This document shows positions 34,470-49,400 of a DNA stretch of 64,000 bases, piece after piece (position 1 is the stretch's first letter; each line of letters begins with the position of its first letter). The stretch comes from Octopus bimaculoides (Eukaryota), in contig NC_068995.1 in the NCBI RefSeq assembly GCF_001194135.2, positions 32,656,122 through 32,720,121 on the forward strand, written 5' to 3'. A model generated the notes under the pieces. That model ran no database searches and was not told where the DNA came from. It worked only from the letters and a program-made list of their open reading frames with translations. A program made the translations under genes and the position numbers.

Positions 34470-37400
34470 GTCTTTGTGTGGGTTTGTCCCCCCACCATCA
34501 CTTGACAACCAATGTTGGTGTGTCTATGTCCCTGTAACTTAGCAGTTCAACAAAATATACCGATGGAATAAGTACTAGAATTAACAGAGAATAAATCCTG
34601 GGGTCAATTTCTTCAACTAAAGCCCTTTAAAGTGGTGCTCTAGCATGGCTGCAGTCAAATGACTGAAACAAGTAAAAGTAAAAGAATATATAGATGCAGG
34701 TTTCCTTCTTGTCTTGATATCATGTAATAGTTATGAATGAGTCTCACTGTCATACATGCAGTGTCGCTCATTTCCGATGAAGATTGACAAAAGCATCCGG
34801 TCATAGAAAATCTGCCTCAATAAACTCTGTTCAACTCATGCATGCATGGAAAAGTGGACATCAAAATGATAATGATGATGATAGTTATTTTAATTTGGCA
34901 TAAAGATTTAAGATTTGTAATGTGTAAAGTTGTCTGTTCTGTGTTTTTCAATAGTCATTTAGTATTGATTTAGTAGCTGCATCATAGGGTGGATGTGGAA
35001 ACAACTGTAGTTCTGTGAAGACTTTATTTTGAAAGAGTCTAGATTTATACATGTTGAGGTACTACTGCCCAAAATCATGATTGTTCCCTGTTTTGTCAAC
35101 TGATGCTGACAACCACATGCATGGTTCAGTACTTGTTGCAGCTGAAAATTGTTGGAGACTTTGTATCTAAATTCTTTGACCCTTTTAATACCAACCCACC
35201 AAAACTTGTTCTATTGTACAAAACAGACTATTAAAGTTTCATATATGGATTATAAATTTCAGTCATTTTATGTAAGGACTTCATAATGAAGCTACTTCTT
35301 CATCATCATTTAACATGTTTTCCATGCTGACATAGGTTAGATGGTTTGACTGGAACTGGTAAGCCAAAAAGCTGCACCCAGTTCCAGTCGTCTGTTTTGG
35401 CTTGGTTTCCATGGCTGGATGCCCTTCTTAACACCAACCACTTTACAGAGTATACTGGGTAATTTTTTTACATGTCACCACCATTGGCAATGACCATGAT
35501 TCACTTAGCTTGATAATTTTTCATAATTCTCAAAATTAATGAAACAAAAAGTGTATTTCATTTGAAGTTCATTTTTGGAAGGATTGACTGAAAGCAATAA
35601 AGCAAAATTATAGGCATAAAAATAGTGCATTTTTAATAATGAAACAGTTCATGGTAAACTTAATAGTTTTGATGTCCTTCAAAAACCTCTGGTGATTATA
35701 GGTAGAAAGAATTAAGAAACACCTGATATCATTATTATTTAATGTTGATTTTACATATTAGATGCATCTGCAAAATGACATTGCTGCTCCATTTCTCTGA
35801 GGACAAACAATGAACAATATGTCATTAATAATGAGTATTCTTTATTTCTGTTTTAATGCCAAGCAATATCCTACAAATACGCTAAGGTTTTTTTTTGTGT
35901 CTCTTTTTTTACTGCTTTTGTTCTTTTTTGCAATTATTCTTAGAGTGGTCAGCTTGAATGACTGCTGGTAATTGCACATCTGTAATGCTTAGCAGACAAT
36001 GGGATTGATTTAAAGTTAGATCAATGCTATTTCAGTATTCAAAAGTTTGCATATGTGTGTATACACACACACACATATATACAAAAGCTATGCCAATATT
36101 TATTTCAACATCAGCTTCATAACTCATTTATATTGCAGTGACTGTTTGAAAGAAGATCCGTGGCTCTGTAGGTTTTAGTGGCTATTGTATTGTGTGAGGT
36201 GCAGCTGTGGGGAATGTGGAACATTTAATAGACAATTTAATGGACAATTTTGCAGAATTGCACTTCTTGAAAGCATTTATGATGGGTAAATAGTTTTTTC
36301 ACTAACTTGAAAGGGCTGCACAGAGCTGTAAAGCAAACAAGTTATTGTTTCTTTTCTTCCTGGAATCACAGTAGTTAGCTACAAGCAGCTTTTTATGGAG
36401 GTGTGATAATTTTTTGTGGAAGTTATATCAATAATGACTTAAACAAAAAAAAAATCCCTACAATATATATATAATGGATTTGGATGCATAAGCAAGCATC
36501 ACAAATTGAAAAGCAGCTTAAAAATTGATAAGCAGCTTAGGCAAAAATTAAGATACCTGAACCAGTGTAATTAGGTTATCTATTTTATCAACAAAATATT
36601 TTTAGGGTCCCTATCAACTCTTTCATACATCTACCCTGCTATTTCAATAAACAATTATTCTGTTTAATTCTATTAGAAGTTTCTTAGAGCCAGCTCTTAA
36701 CTCTTGATTTTGTAGCACTAAGTGGAGAGGTAGAAGTCTCCCTAAAGGCAAAATACAGCTCTATCAAATAATGCTTCTTACAGATGCCAGCTATCAATTC
36801 AAAAGCTAGATAAATACAGAAATATATGGTATCTTGTCCAGTGATATCTGCTCACTGCAGACATCACTATTTTGAATTTATTCAGCAATTTCCCCTCTAA
36901 TAAACCACAAAATGCGTATATGAGTCAAGTACAGAGATTCTATTTGGCAAATATTAACCATATCAGAGGCTGAAAATTAGCAGTCATTAGAGTGGTGGAT
37001 AGAATGCCTCACATTTGTTTCCTCTCTCTGCACCCTGAGTTCAAATCTTTGTGTGGTTAACTTTGCCTTTCATCCTTTTAAGGGTCAACTGGCTAGCCAG
37101 AAGACTGCACCAAGTTTCACTGTCTGTTTTGGCATGATTTTAACAGCCGGTTGCCCTTCCTAACACCAACCACTTTATGGAGTGGAGTAAATGCTTATTA
37201 CATGGTACCAACACTAGCAAGGTCTGTTTTGGCACAGTTTTTACAGCTGGGTGTCCTTTTAATGCCAACCACTTTACAGAGTGGACTAGGTGCATTTTAC
37301 ATGGCACCAGCACTGAGGAGGTCTGCTTAACAAAAACCAGGAAATTCATGCTATTTGCTTTAATGCAAATCAATCAGTAAAATGAGTGGAAACTATTATT

Positions 37401-40400
37401 TTTATTGCTTTTCCCTCCTTAAAACTTTCATTCTATTAAGAGTGAGTGCATCTGTAAATCACCATCATGAGTTTTGCATCTAATTTTATATGCTGGTTTG
37501 AGTTAGATATATCTTGCATTCAGTATAATTTTGTGTGTGTGTAAATCCTGTATAATGTTAGGTGAAGCTTTAATTGGCTCTTCATGATGGAGCCCTCTTT
37601 GGATTTATCTTTCACTTGTTTCAGTCATTAGATTGCAGCTATGCTGGGGCACTGCCTTGAATTTTAATCAAATGAATTTACTCCAGTACTGATATTTTTA
37701 AAGTACTAGTTTTTATTCCATCTGTCTCCTTTGTGTCCCTTTAGTTACAGGGACATAAACGCACCAGCTGTGAGGGACAAACACACACACACATATATAA
37801 CGGGCTTCTTTCAGTTTCTGTCTACCAAATCTACTCACAAGGCTTTGGTCCACTCAAGGTTAAAATAGAAGACACTTGCACAAGGTGCCATGCAGTGCGA
37901 TTGAACGCAGAACCATGTGGTTGGGAAGCAAGCTTCTTACTACACAGTCAAGCCTATGCCTATTGTCAACTATTATGATAATAGTTTCTTCTGACAGCTG
38001 GAGTTTGCCATTATATCATATATGATGTAAGAGTAATATCATTTTCAATGAGTTTCGCTGGAGCCAATGCAATAATGTATCTTCCAGGAGAGAGAGAGAA
38101 AATATATGTCATGGAACAGGTTGTTGAATGTTTCCTTGTAACAGCCTTGATTGTTTGGTTATATTGGGGGTAAATAATGTACTTTAGACTAATAACATAT
38201 TACTTTTACAAAATCTCATTTCACATAACACCTTGGATTGTTTTGAATGGTTATGTTTCACAATATTTAATATCCATGAATTTACTTTTCACTCTTCCAA
38301 GATTTGATTCATATTTTCATGTTTATTCATCTCACTTATTGTGGAAAGAAACTGATTGATCATCATCATTTAACATCCACATTCCATTGTGGCATAGATT
38401 GGATGGTTCAACAAGATCTGACAAGCCAGAAAAGTGCATTGAACTCCAATGTCTGCTTTGGCATGGTTTCTACAATTGGATGCCATTCTTAATGCCAACC
38501 ACTTTACACAATGTACCAAATACTTCTTTTTGCAGTATTAGCACAAATGTTGTTGCCAAATAACTCAAAAAGACAAGGCACCTTGGCAGTATCAAGGAAG
38601 GTGACTTTGTAGCAGGTGTTGAATATGATAGAGGGACAGGAACAGGTACTTTGCCATAGAGGAGACACATGGCTACCCCATGTGAGAAATAAAGGGGTGT
38701 TGATGGTAAACATGAGCAGGTATTCAAGTGAAAGAGGCATTCAATGGTAAAATAAAGTAGTAAGGAATGACGTCAAAAATGTGCAATGAGTGATGAGGGA
38801 AGTAGTTCCAAGTAGAGGAATAACTGGTAGCCAAAGGTCTGGATGGAAAATGTACAGTTCTGTTCTTATAATTACAACAGCTGAAGAAATAACACTGTAG
38901 TTTGAGTGAAGGTGGGATGGGTGTTATGAAGATAAGTTTAGGGAAGGCTTGATGGGTATATATTGGTTGTTAAGGAATAGACATTAGTTTTTTTGCTGGG
39001 ATGAACAGGTCATCATGAGCATGGCAAATCACCGGCTGCCTCAGTCCATGTTCATCTTTTCCAAGAGGCTTGACAACCTTATGTCAGTTTTTACTACTTT
39101 GACCTGCATCTTCCTGGCTATCTCTTTCCCACCAGTTCCATCCACATTTAGCAACTGACACCTTTTTATGCACCTGTTTTCATCGATATGTATCACATGA
39201 TCATACCAGTGCAGTATTCTCTTCTGCATACCACACCTGATGCCTCTTACGCACAATTTTTCTCTTAATACATTTGCTTTATCATACATACACTCTGACA
39301 TTGGACATCCAGCAAAACATGCTTGTTTCATTTCTTTCCAGTCTTCACATATCCACTGCATTTACAGCCCATGTTTCACTTCCATGTAGCATTATTGTTT
39401 GTACCCAAGCATCATACAATCTTCCTTTTCACTCCGGGAAAGAGACCTTTTGCTACCAAAAAAGGTAATAGTTCTCTAAATTTCTCCAGATAGTTTTACT
39501 CTGGCATCTTTACTTTCAAAACATTTTCCTCCACTGCGAAATAGGTTACCTATGTAACAAACTATATACTAACTCTAAGATCCTCCTGGGTTTTCAAGGA
39601 GAACCCCCCCCCCCGTGTTCTCAGTGTTTTTTGCTCCTGAGCATCTGCCATGAACAAAGTCTACTTTCTCTGTTAATTTTCCTCTGATCCCACTGCATCT
39701 CCTGTGTGTTCATAGTTTGCACTGAGTTCACTGAAATTTCTACCTACACCTCTTCTACATATCAGAAACAGCCATTTCCCCGTAGGGATTAGAGTGCTGT
39801 CTATTTTTCTGTTTACAAAAACCTTGGTTTTTGCTAATTTAATTCTAGGTTTTGCACCCACACTTGGAATTTTTTTATAATTCTACTTTAACTCTTCTGT
39901 TATGGTCTGGAGGGCTATGGTAAATAGGAGAGTACTGAGAGACAAGCTCTGGTGAATTACCTGCACACTAAATTCGTTGCTGTACTCATTGCTAACTCTC
40001 ATCTTACTGACAGCACCCCTGTACATGATTTGGACAGTTCTCGTTAACCATTCATCTACTAGCTTTTGCAGCAACTACCAGATCAGGGAGCTTGGGCCCT
40101 AGGGACAGTGTCAAGGGCTTTCTCCAGGTCAACAACAGCCAAGTGCGGCAGTTTACTTTAGGCTAAATACTTTACCTACATTTGTCTTACTAGAAACAAA
40201 GCATCAGTAATACTTTTCCCTGACATGAAACCACACAGTCTCATCTAGGCTAATTCTCTTCATAAATTAGTCGAGCTTATAACTCTTTTCGTGACTTACA
40301 CGACCTGGTCCACGAATTTGATACTTCTGTCATTACTCTTATTTAAGGCATCTCCTTTACCCTTGTAACAACTGACTATAATACTGTTAGGTCAGAAACT

Positions 40401-43400
40401 CATTATGAACCAGGAATTTCTCCTGCCTTCATATCTTTAATTCATACTGCTGTCAACTAGAATGACTGCTCCCTCTGTCAGGTTCACATTTTCAAAACGT
40501 TTTTTCTCCCATGTATTCTCCACTTATTTCTTCTCACAAATACTAAGTACAGATCGGAAGAGCNNNNNNNNNNNNNNNNNNNNNNNNNNNNNNNNNNNNN
40601 NNNNNNNNNNNNNNNNNTCTACATTGCCTCAGTCCTCTTAACTGTCAAATACTGTATTTGCCAATGTGTTTTTTTTTTGTTTTTTTTTTTGTAAAAATCT
40701 GCCCTGTGTTTAATGTCACTGTATTACAGATTAACGACAGAGTGTTGCAGGTTTGAGAACCAGACAAGTGTAATTCCGCTAGATACAATAACTATTACTG
40801 GTAATAAAATATTGAAAACCAGCCAAGATATCACAGCCTGTTAGTACAAACTTAAAAACTGCTTATAGTATTTTGGCAGTTATGTGGAAAGGTCACATCA
40901 TCCCATTTATACCTCCTTCCCTGGGCATACATAATCCATATATAATATGTCTTATATTATTTAATGACTGTGTTACTTTCAAGAAATATTTTTTAATTAT
41001 CTAAATGAAATTTCTCCTAAAAAGATGAAAGAATTGTTAAATTTTCCTCTGCTTATCAGCCATTTTGCAATGGCAACAAAACCATGGCAGTGGTGCACCT
41101 TTCTGGCAGCTGATTGCAGTAACACAAAGCATCACAGCCAGAAATACAAGTTTTACATCTTGTATAGAAATTCTCTTGACCAAAATATAAACAACTATTC
41201 AATTGAACTGAAAGAAGATAAACATTCCAGTATACTGTCAGAGAATTGTATTTACATACATAAAATCATTCAATCCTCACTACAAAGCCACTTTAAAATA
41301 TCTTTCAGTGAATGTATAATGAAGCATTAAATTTTTATTTTTTCATAAAATATACTTGTTAAAACAGGTATCTCTCTTATATGTTAGCAAATACAGCTAT
41401 TTTGATAATGTTATTTGTGATTAAACTGTCATCCTATGCTGGAAAAATTCTCATATTTTATTTAAGACCATGAAATCTGTAAGAAGTATTTACAATTTAA
41501 TTTTGATCCACAGTTACTAAACATATATTAGAGTCAACAAGGGAGTCTCTACATGGTAGCTCAATCTATAAGTAATAGCAGCCAAATCTTCAAATCACAT
41601 CCTATATTGGATTATGTAGTTCAAGATACCCCAAAAAGATACAGATCTTCCTGATCAGGTTTGATCTGGTGTTAAACAGCAACACACATGCATAAAAGTG
41701 TTTCCTACTTGGCTGCTCATTATCGTTGTTGAGATCAGGTGGGCATGTGTTCTGCTTAACCTCTTTTTCTCTGAGATCTGCTTTAAAAACTTATTACAAT
41801 ATAATTCCATTGTTATTTTCAACAACGTGATACATAGATTGAAAGTTGACAAAGGTCTTAGAATTTGAATCCAATTTTCGACTGTTCTTTGATAGAGAAC
41901 TGTCCATTTTACAGAGTTAAAATTTAATTTAAATCTTTCCATTATAATTTTATGTTAGAATCTTTTCTTATATATCAGAAATAAATTAATTAGAAAAGTT
42001 ATTTTGCTAAATCCTTTATCTTCAAAATTCATTTAAATACAAACAGTAGATTTCATTACAAATCTGACATGAAAGGGTTAATCTTATTGGAGAGCCTTGA
42101 CAAAATTTAATCAATTACGTAGCATAATACTTTTGATTATAAATTTATTTCAATGTCATTAGTAATCTAAATTTACTTCAACATTTGCAGAAGTTGAAAT
42201 TATTTATGTGACAGCTTTTCTGAAATTGCTTAGACTGGTGACATACTTTTGTATTTGATCTAATGCTACCTAAATAACCTGTATTTGTATATTAAGCCAG
42301 TGTTTTGGACACAAACTGCAATGAAATGTTAGCCTCAACATCACTCAAATTACAACAGTAATAGTATTTTAACAAGAGATTTTCAGTTGGTGGTAGTGGG
42401 TGGTATCAGATGGTTTGGTATCAAGAGTTAAATTTGTTTTAAATTTGAGAATGTCACAAATTTAATTATTGTTTCTTGTTTGCATTTTCAGGTTCTAAAC
42501 ATGGTCAGCAGAGCCCAACAACATGTACGGCATCGATCGAGATTACCAATGAACACAATGTTATTATTTGTCCCACAACAAGAAGCATGGATTATTGAAA
42601 GATTTGGCAAATACCATAAAATCTTAGAACCAGTGTGTACTCTATTTATTTATTTATTTATTTTTGCTTGATTTACTATTTTTAACTTTTTCTTTTCAAT
42701 ATCTCAGGGAAGGTTTTATGCCACTAAAGCTCTGTCAGAGTATACAACTATCAGCAAGAAAATCGTACCTGCTTGAAATACATGTTAAATGTAGCAAGTG
42801 GTGAACCCTTTTATGAAATAAACTTCAGGTAGTATTGGACTTGGCCAGATATGTGGGAAAATTGGAGTATATGTGTCATCATATATAGGACTGTCTATAT
42901 GCCAGGTTACGGGGACACAAGAACACTAACACTGGTTGTCAAGTATTGGTCATCTTCAAACACTCTATACATATATATTTTATGTGTGTGTTTGTCTCTT
43001 CACCATCGCTTGACAGCTGATGTTGTTGTATTTACCTCCCTGTAACTTAGCAGTTCGGCAAAAGAGACTGATAGAATAAGTACTAGGCTTAAAAAGAGTA
43101 AGTCCTGGGATCAATTTCTTCGACTAAAAACCCTTTAAGGTGGTGCTCTAGCATGGGCACAGTCAAATGACTGAAACAAGTAAAATAATACAACATACTG
43201 TTTGTATTATGGTTGGATTTGATCTCACATCTGTGATTGATTATGTCTACCGAGAATCACTTTTCTGTTTATCTTTTGCTTATACCTGTAGTAAGACCTT
43301 GAAATATCCAGTAAAAGAGATTTGTTTTAGTCTTGATATAGTTTACAATCTATTTATTTGATTTTGCACTGAAGTGATGTATTAGCATTGGATTATCAGT

Positions 43401-46400
43401 TACAAATAGTACTAATCTGCTAACAGTTATTGGCTTCAACAATTAGCTGGTAATGAAGCTTGAATGCTCTTGACAATTAAATGTGTAAAGAGAAAAACTG
43501 ATGTTAAGTGGATTAGATTTCTGTCTTAGAGGTCAAAATGTAATCAGCTAACATCTTGTCTTTAATTTGGTTAACCAGCCATAAGGTTAAGTAACTTGAA
43601 AGGAAAAGTTGATATCACACATTTCATTGACAAGATATTAGAATGTTATCTCTGTTAGTACTGAATGTTCCAAACTCCAGTTAAATGATAAAAGTTATTT
43701 TGCTAAATTCTTCAGTGTATTTTAACAGGAATTTGGTAACAAAAGGGTTAAACCCACGTCTGACCTAAATGTATCTTCTTCAAATCTTCCTTGGTCTGCT
43801 TCTAACACAGACACCTTCAACTAAATTCTATTCACATGACTTTGGTTACTCAGCATGCATTGCTCATTCATAATGATTGTATCAGTACAGTCATTTCTTT
43901 TGTATATACACAATATTTGATGCTCGGACACTTTCTCAGCTCACTAGTACTCAAATTTTATCCTATGCTCCTCCAGAGTTGACTAATTTGTTTCTAAATA
44001 TTGTAGGTTCTCATGATTTATTGCCATGAGATTTATGGTAGTGTAGAGTTCTGACCTTGAAATTCTAACAAGATTTAGTAAATAATTTTTTATGGTTAAG
44101 AATAAAAACAACTCTAGCTTTTACAGTTTGTTGACCATTTCCAAGTATTTAAAATTTTCAGGAGGTCTTTTTTTTCTTTTTGTGCAATAAACCTAGAATT
44201 GAACAATAACTATTCAACTTATAACAAGTTTTTTTTCTTTTCTAGGGCCTTAACTTTGTTTTACCTGTTATTGACACCATTAAATACGTCCAAAGTTTGA
44301 AAGAAATTGCCATTGATATTCCCCAACAAAGTGCTATTTCTATTGGTAAGTTCTTTAATTTTTTTTCTTTTCCTTTAAATTCCCTGTCGTCATCATCATT
44401 TAACATCCCTTTTTCCATGCTAGCATGGGTTGGACAGTTCAACAGAATTCAACAAACCACAGAGCTGCACCAAACTTCCATATCTGCTTTGGCCTTCCTA
44501 ATACCAGCTACTTCACAAAAATGTATTGGGTGGTTTTGTGGCACCAGCATTTATGGGGTCACCCAAGTAGGGTATAGTATTGAAGGATGTGAAAGTGTGA
44601 TAGGAGTACAAGTCTCTTATTGAAGAGTTCACTACATGGCTTCCCAGCTGGAAAGAGAGAGATGGTGAGAGCATACCCCCAAAGTGAATTTTTTGTGAGA
44701 GAGTGAGAATAGGGATAGAAGACTGGAAAAGGTGGGTAAGTGCACTTGAGTGGAAAGAGTATGACAGATGGTTAGAAATGGGGATTAAGTTGGATGCAAT
44801 GAAAGAAATAGTAGTGGGTTACGGAGGAGGAAAGGATAAGGGATAGTAGTAGGGATACAATGTGAAATGTCAGGGAAATAAGTGGTATCATTTTCACAGC
44901 ACCTGAGTGTATAGTTCCACAGAAGTTTGATGGAAGGATGGTTGTTAGAAGATGAGTTGTGGGGGAAGGCTTAACAATACCTCATTTATGCTGGTTTCTT
45001 GAAGTTAGTGTTGCAGATCACCAAAACATTTGCATCACAAAACTCCCTATCCTCATCCACATTTTTTTTACTGTTTTCCCGAAGGAGTCCATAAACAGCA
45101 TGTGCAACCAGACACTATTCATCTTGTATGGAATTATTTATCATTTATCTATAATGAAGTTATGCCTCGTTTGGTAGGGTACTGTGGCTATAAGCAAAAC
45201 ACTTCTCTATGGTCCAGTCCTATCTACATACAGCATTGTATACAATAATATCCTCCTCCTCATCATCATCGTTTAACATTCGCCTTCCTTGCATGCATGG
45301 GTTGGACAGTTTGACAGGAGCCAGCCAGGCAGGAGACTAACCCAGGCTACTGTGTCTGTTCTGGCAGGGTTTTTATGGTTGGATACCCTTCCTAACACCA
45401 ACCACCCCACCAAGTGGACTGAGTGCTTTTTATGTGCACCAGCATAGGTGAGGCCAGTTTTGGCATGGTTTTACAGCTGGATGCCCTTCCAAATGCCAAA
45501 CACTTTACAGTGTGGGCTGGATGCTTTTTACATGGCACCAACACTAGCAGGGTTACCAAGTAACTTGCAAGACAAGGAATTTTGAGAGGAGATCATTTTG
45601 TGTCTGATAATGAAAGGTTATAGTGTAGGAAGAGGAAATGTGAGGAAGAAAAAGATGCAATTTAGAAGAGGAGATGTAGTTTGGTTTCTTGGAGGTTGGA
45701 TGTGTGGAAAGTTTGATAGATGTGGGTGACATGCTGGTGGAATAAGATGGACAGCACTATAAAATCAAAGAGACAGGCCTGGAAAGACTGGAAAAATGGT
45801 GGAAGCAGAGAATTATATCAGTAAGGTAGACACTATATATATATATATTTAGAGAGAGAGAGAGTGATTCCTTACTGTTGAGAAGTTAATTAATAACTAT
45901 TGTTATTGCAGGTAGTGAAAATGACCAATGTCAACAGCGTGTAACAAGACCACTCTCTGAGAGGTCAGCTTGACCAGAGACACTTAACTCTCAAATAGTT
46001 ACCCAAAGAACAGATGTGTTCATTACTGTAGAAAGGTATTCATAGAACAGAAGAGTTAATTAATTGCTATTAGCAGTACTTGTGGAAATTCCACTGTTAC
46101 TTTGACAGTGGAATTTAACCAATCTTAATGATGGAAAGAAATCAAAGACATAATCTATTATTCTACTGTAGTACAACTATATTAATAACACTTATAACAA
46201 ATTTTAATATGCTGTACTACAATCTTATTTTCATATTAGTGAAGAATGCTTATGACTGAATTTGAATACACACACACACACACACACACATTATTTAAGA
46301 TAAGTGCTAATTACTCAAAGTGGAGGGAAGATGTAGAAAAGGGAGATCTCAGAAGACATAGGACAAAGTGTTGAAGGCCAATCTCATAATGTTGAGCCTT

Positions 46401-49400
46401 ACAAGGAGGTGACAAATGACTGAGATAAGTGGTGCATTTCTATACTCAAGAAGACCTGCCCACCACAAAAGAATTGATATCCTAAAACCAAGGAGTCACA
46501 TAAAAAGCACTCATGCTGGTGCCATGTAAAAAGCACCCAGTACACTTTGTAAAGCGGTTGGCATTAGGAAGGGCATCCAGCCGTAGAAATCAAGCCAAAA
46601 CCGACTATGGAACCTGGTAAGGCCAGGGGCCTTACCATCTCCTACCAGCATATAAAATAGATGTTGAATGATACTGATTTATCTATTAGTCAATTATCTA
46701 AGAATAATACTGTGCATATAATAAGATTATGTCTTTAATTTTGTTTCGTAGTTAAGTGTTACACACATAGACCATAGCAGAATAAGGCATTATAGGAAAG
46801 CAAACATGGAAGTTTCAGTTTAGCAGGTAATAGTTAATTGCACTAAAGTGCATACATTGATTGATTGAGGATTTCACAAAAATTAATTTGATAAAAGTTA
46901 GTGCACTCTTCATTGTCCCTACCTTATTACAACCACTACCGTCATTAGCCTGTATCCCTAACGATAGTACCACTACCGCAGTTTTCAGTATATCACATGT
47001 GTATGTGAGTAAACATCTATAAATAACAGGGGCTAATGCAGTTTCACACCTCTCTTTGGAAAATGCATTTTTTTTTTTTGGAAAAAAATTTTTCCAATTC
47101 CTACATTTCACATGTTGGAGATTACGAATATGCCAAAAAAAAATTTTTTAAACCCCCCCACCTCCCATCCAATTTAAATTTTTGATTTTGTTTACTTTAA
47201 AGCGATCATAGCAAATTGACTTGCATATTCATAATATCTGACATCTAAAACATAGGAATCCGAAAAAATTTCTTCCAAAAAATGCATTTTTCAAGGAGAG
47301 GTGCGAAACTGCATTAGCCCCAAATAACATTGTCTTTTTCTTATCTACCTCTCACTATTACTGCATTCACCCTTCACTAAATGCTTGTTTCTTCCCCACT
47401 CCATCTCTCTCTTTTTTACTTCTCCCTTGAATTAACCATTTAACTGTGTAATATACATAAGTACATTAATAGAATGACATAACAGTAGGAGCATATACAA
47501 GAGAAGAGGTTATTGTTGTAAGTAGATGTCATAGAACGTGAGTGTTAAAAACACTCAAACTTAATACCTACCGGATGTGTTATCCCTTCAAAATCTGCCA
47601 TATTGCAGTCTCATGACTTTGCCACATCTCTAGCAGAGGGGCTGAACAGGTGCTATACCTTACCAAAGGGCAACCTGTAGTTATGCAGGGCATGGTCATC
47701 ACTCCGTAAGATTTTTTCAAAATACCTGCATAACCATGTTACTGATATATTTATTATATATTGGTGAGCACTAATACTCTTCCCTCCCAAACATTCTCCA
47801 ACTGTGCATTATTCCCTTGCAATTAAGCACAGATTGACTCCATGAACAGGTTTTGAAAGCATCTTCCAATGATGCCATGCCAATCTTGTCTCTTGTTAGC
47901 AAGAAAATACAAATGCTTCTCATATTCAGAAAGCATCATCACACCATACACAGCCCCCTTCATCCTAAGCAACACTCATCTGGAGCCCTCAAAATTGCTC
48001 AAATTGTTGGGGCCTGTCATCATCATCAAAGATTCCCCACTAGTGAAAGCATGCTTATATAAAATGGATAGCATCCCAACAACTGGCCCTTCTCTTTAGA
48101 GCCAAAAGATATTTAATTCTCTACAAAGCTCAGGTGAGGCCCACGGTGGAGTGTTGCTGTTACATGTGGGACAATGCTGCTACTGTTGCACAGAAACACA
48201 CACATCGAGAAAAAGGGCTACCCAACTGATTGGCATAAAGTTACTCATATTCACACTCCAGTCTCTGGCCCACAGCTGCATTGACTCCTCTTTCTGTCTT
48301 TGCTACTGCTATTACAATGACCTTTACACCTTGAAGCCAGTTGGACCCATGCTGCCTTCCTTCAAGCATTCCCATGCTATTCATCTCTCCTTATCACCCT
48401 CATTGTGTCCGCCATCACACTTCTAGACTCCATACCAATCACTACACCCAGTCCTTCCGTCCACAATGCCACCCCTCCGAAATTTCCTCCCTGTTCATAT
48501 TACACTGTTAAATGTAGTGTTTATTTATTCATATTATTTTGAATTAATCATGTATCATCTCATAGCTTTGAGATTTCATTGATGTGATTATTTATTCTTA
48601 GAACGACCTTGTAGAGTAGATGTGGCTGGCCAGATCTGGCTAGTTTGAGTATAAAATAAGTAGAATATTTGGGTTGGATATGGTCAGTTTTAAATGCTAA
48701 TAGTTTTAAAAAAATATTAATGGCATCTGTCTTACATGCCTAGGAGAACCTGCAATGGTCATGGGCATTACCTGTTCCTCCAAACCTAGCTAGTAAAAAT
48801 GAAAAAATACTATTGTGAGATAACAGTATAAGAGTGAGTGAATGATGTTGCTATTACAATATAATGGCAGTGAACAGTTTTACTGATATGCCATTAGATC
48901 AATAAGTCTTTCAGATCTTTTGATGTACAACATGCTAAATTATTGCCTTACTTAAAGGAAACATCTGATTGTATCTGTGAAGCAATAAACTGTATAACTG
49001 CTGAATATTGATTTTAAATTTTGGCACAAGGCCACCAACTTCGGAGGAGGGGGTAAGTTGATTACAACAACCCCAAATGGATGAAAGGGAAAGTTAACCT
49101 TGGGAGATTTGAACTCAGAATGTAAAGATAGATGAAGTGCCACTAAGCATTTTGCCAGCTCACTACCTTATTTACAATTGAATATTTGTCACAGTTATTG
49201 TTTGACCCCAGGTCAATCCTGGTTCAACAGACTGGTGATCCAAAGCATTCTAGTTATTACCATTCCATCTTGTTAGAGGTATCAAGTACTACACGAGCTA
49301 ATATGCTTTTCTGTTTTCTTAAATGATAGAATGTAATTTGAAGGGATTTGGCTGCTGGTTATAATAGGTTAAGTCACTGCAGAGAGACTCTCCTGTTAGA

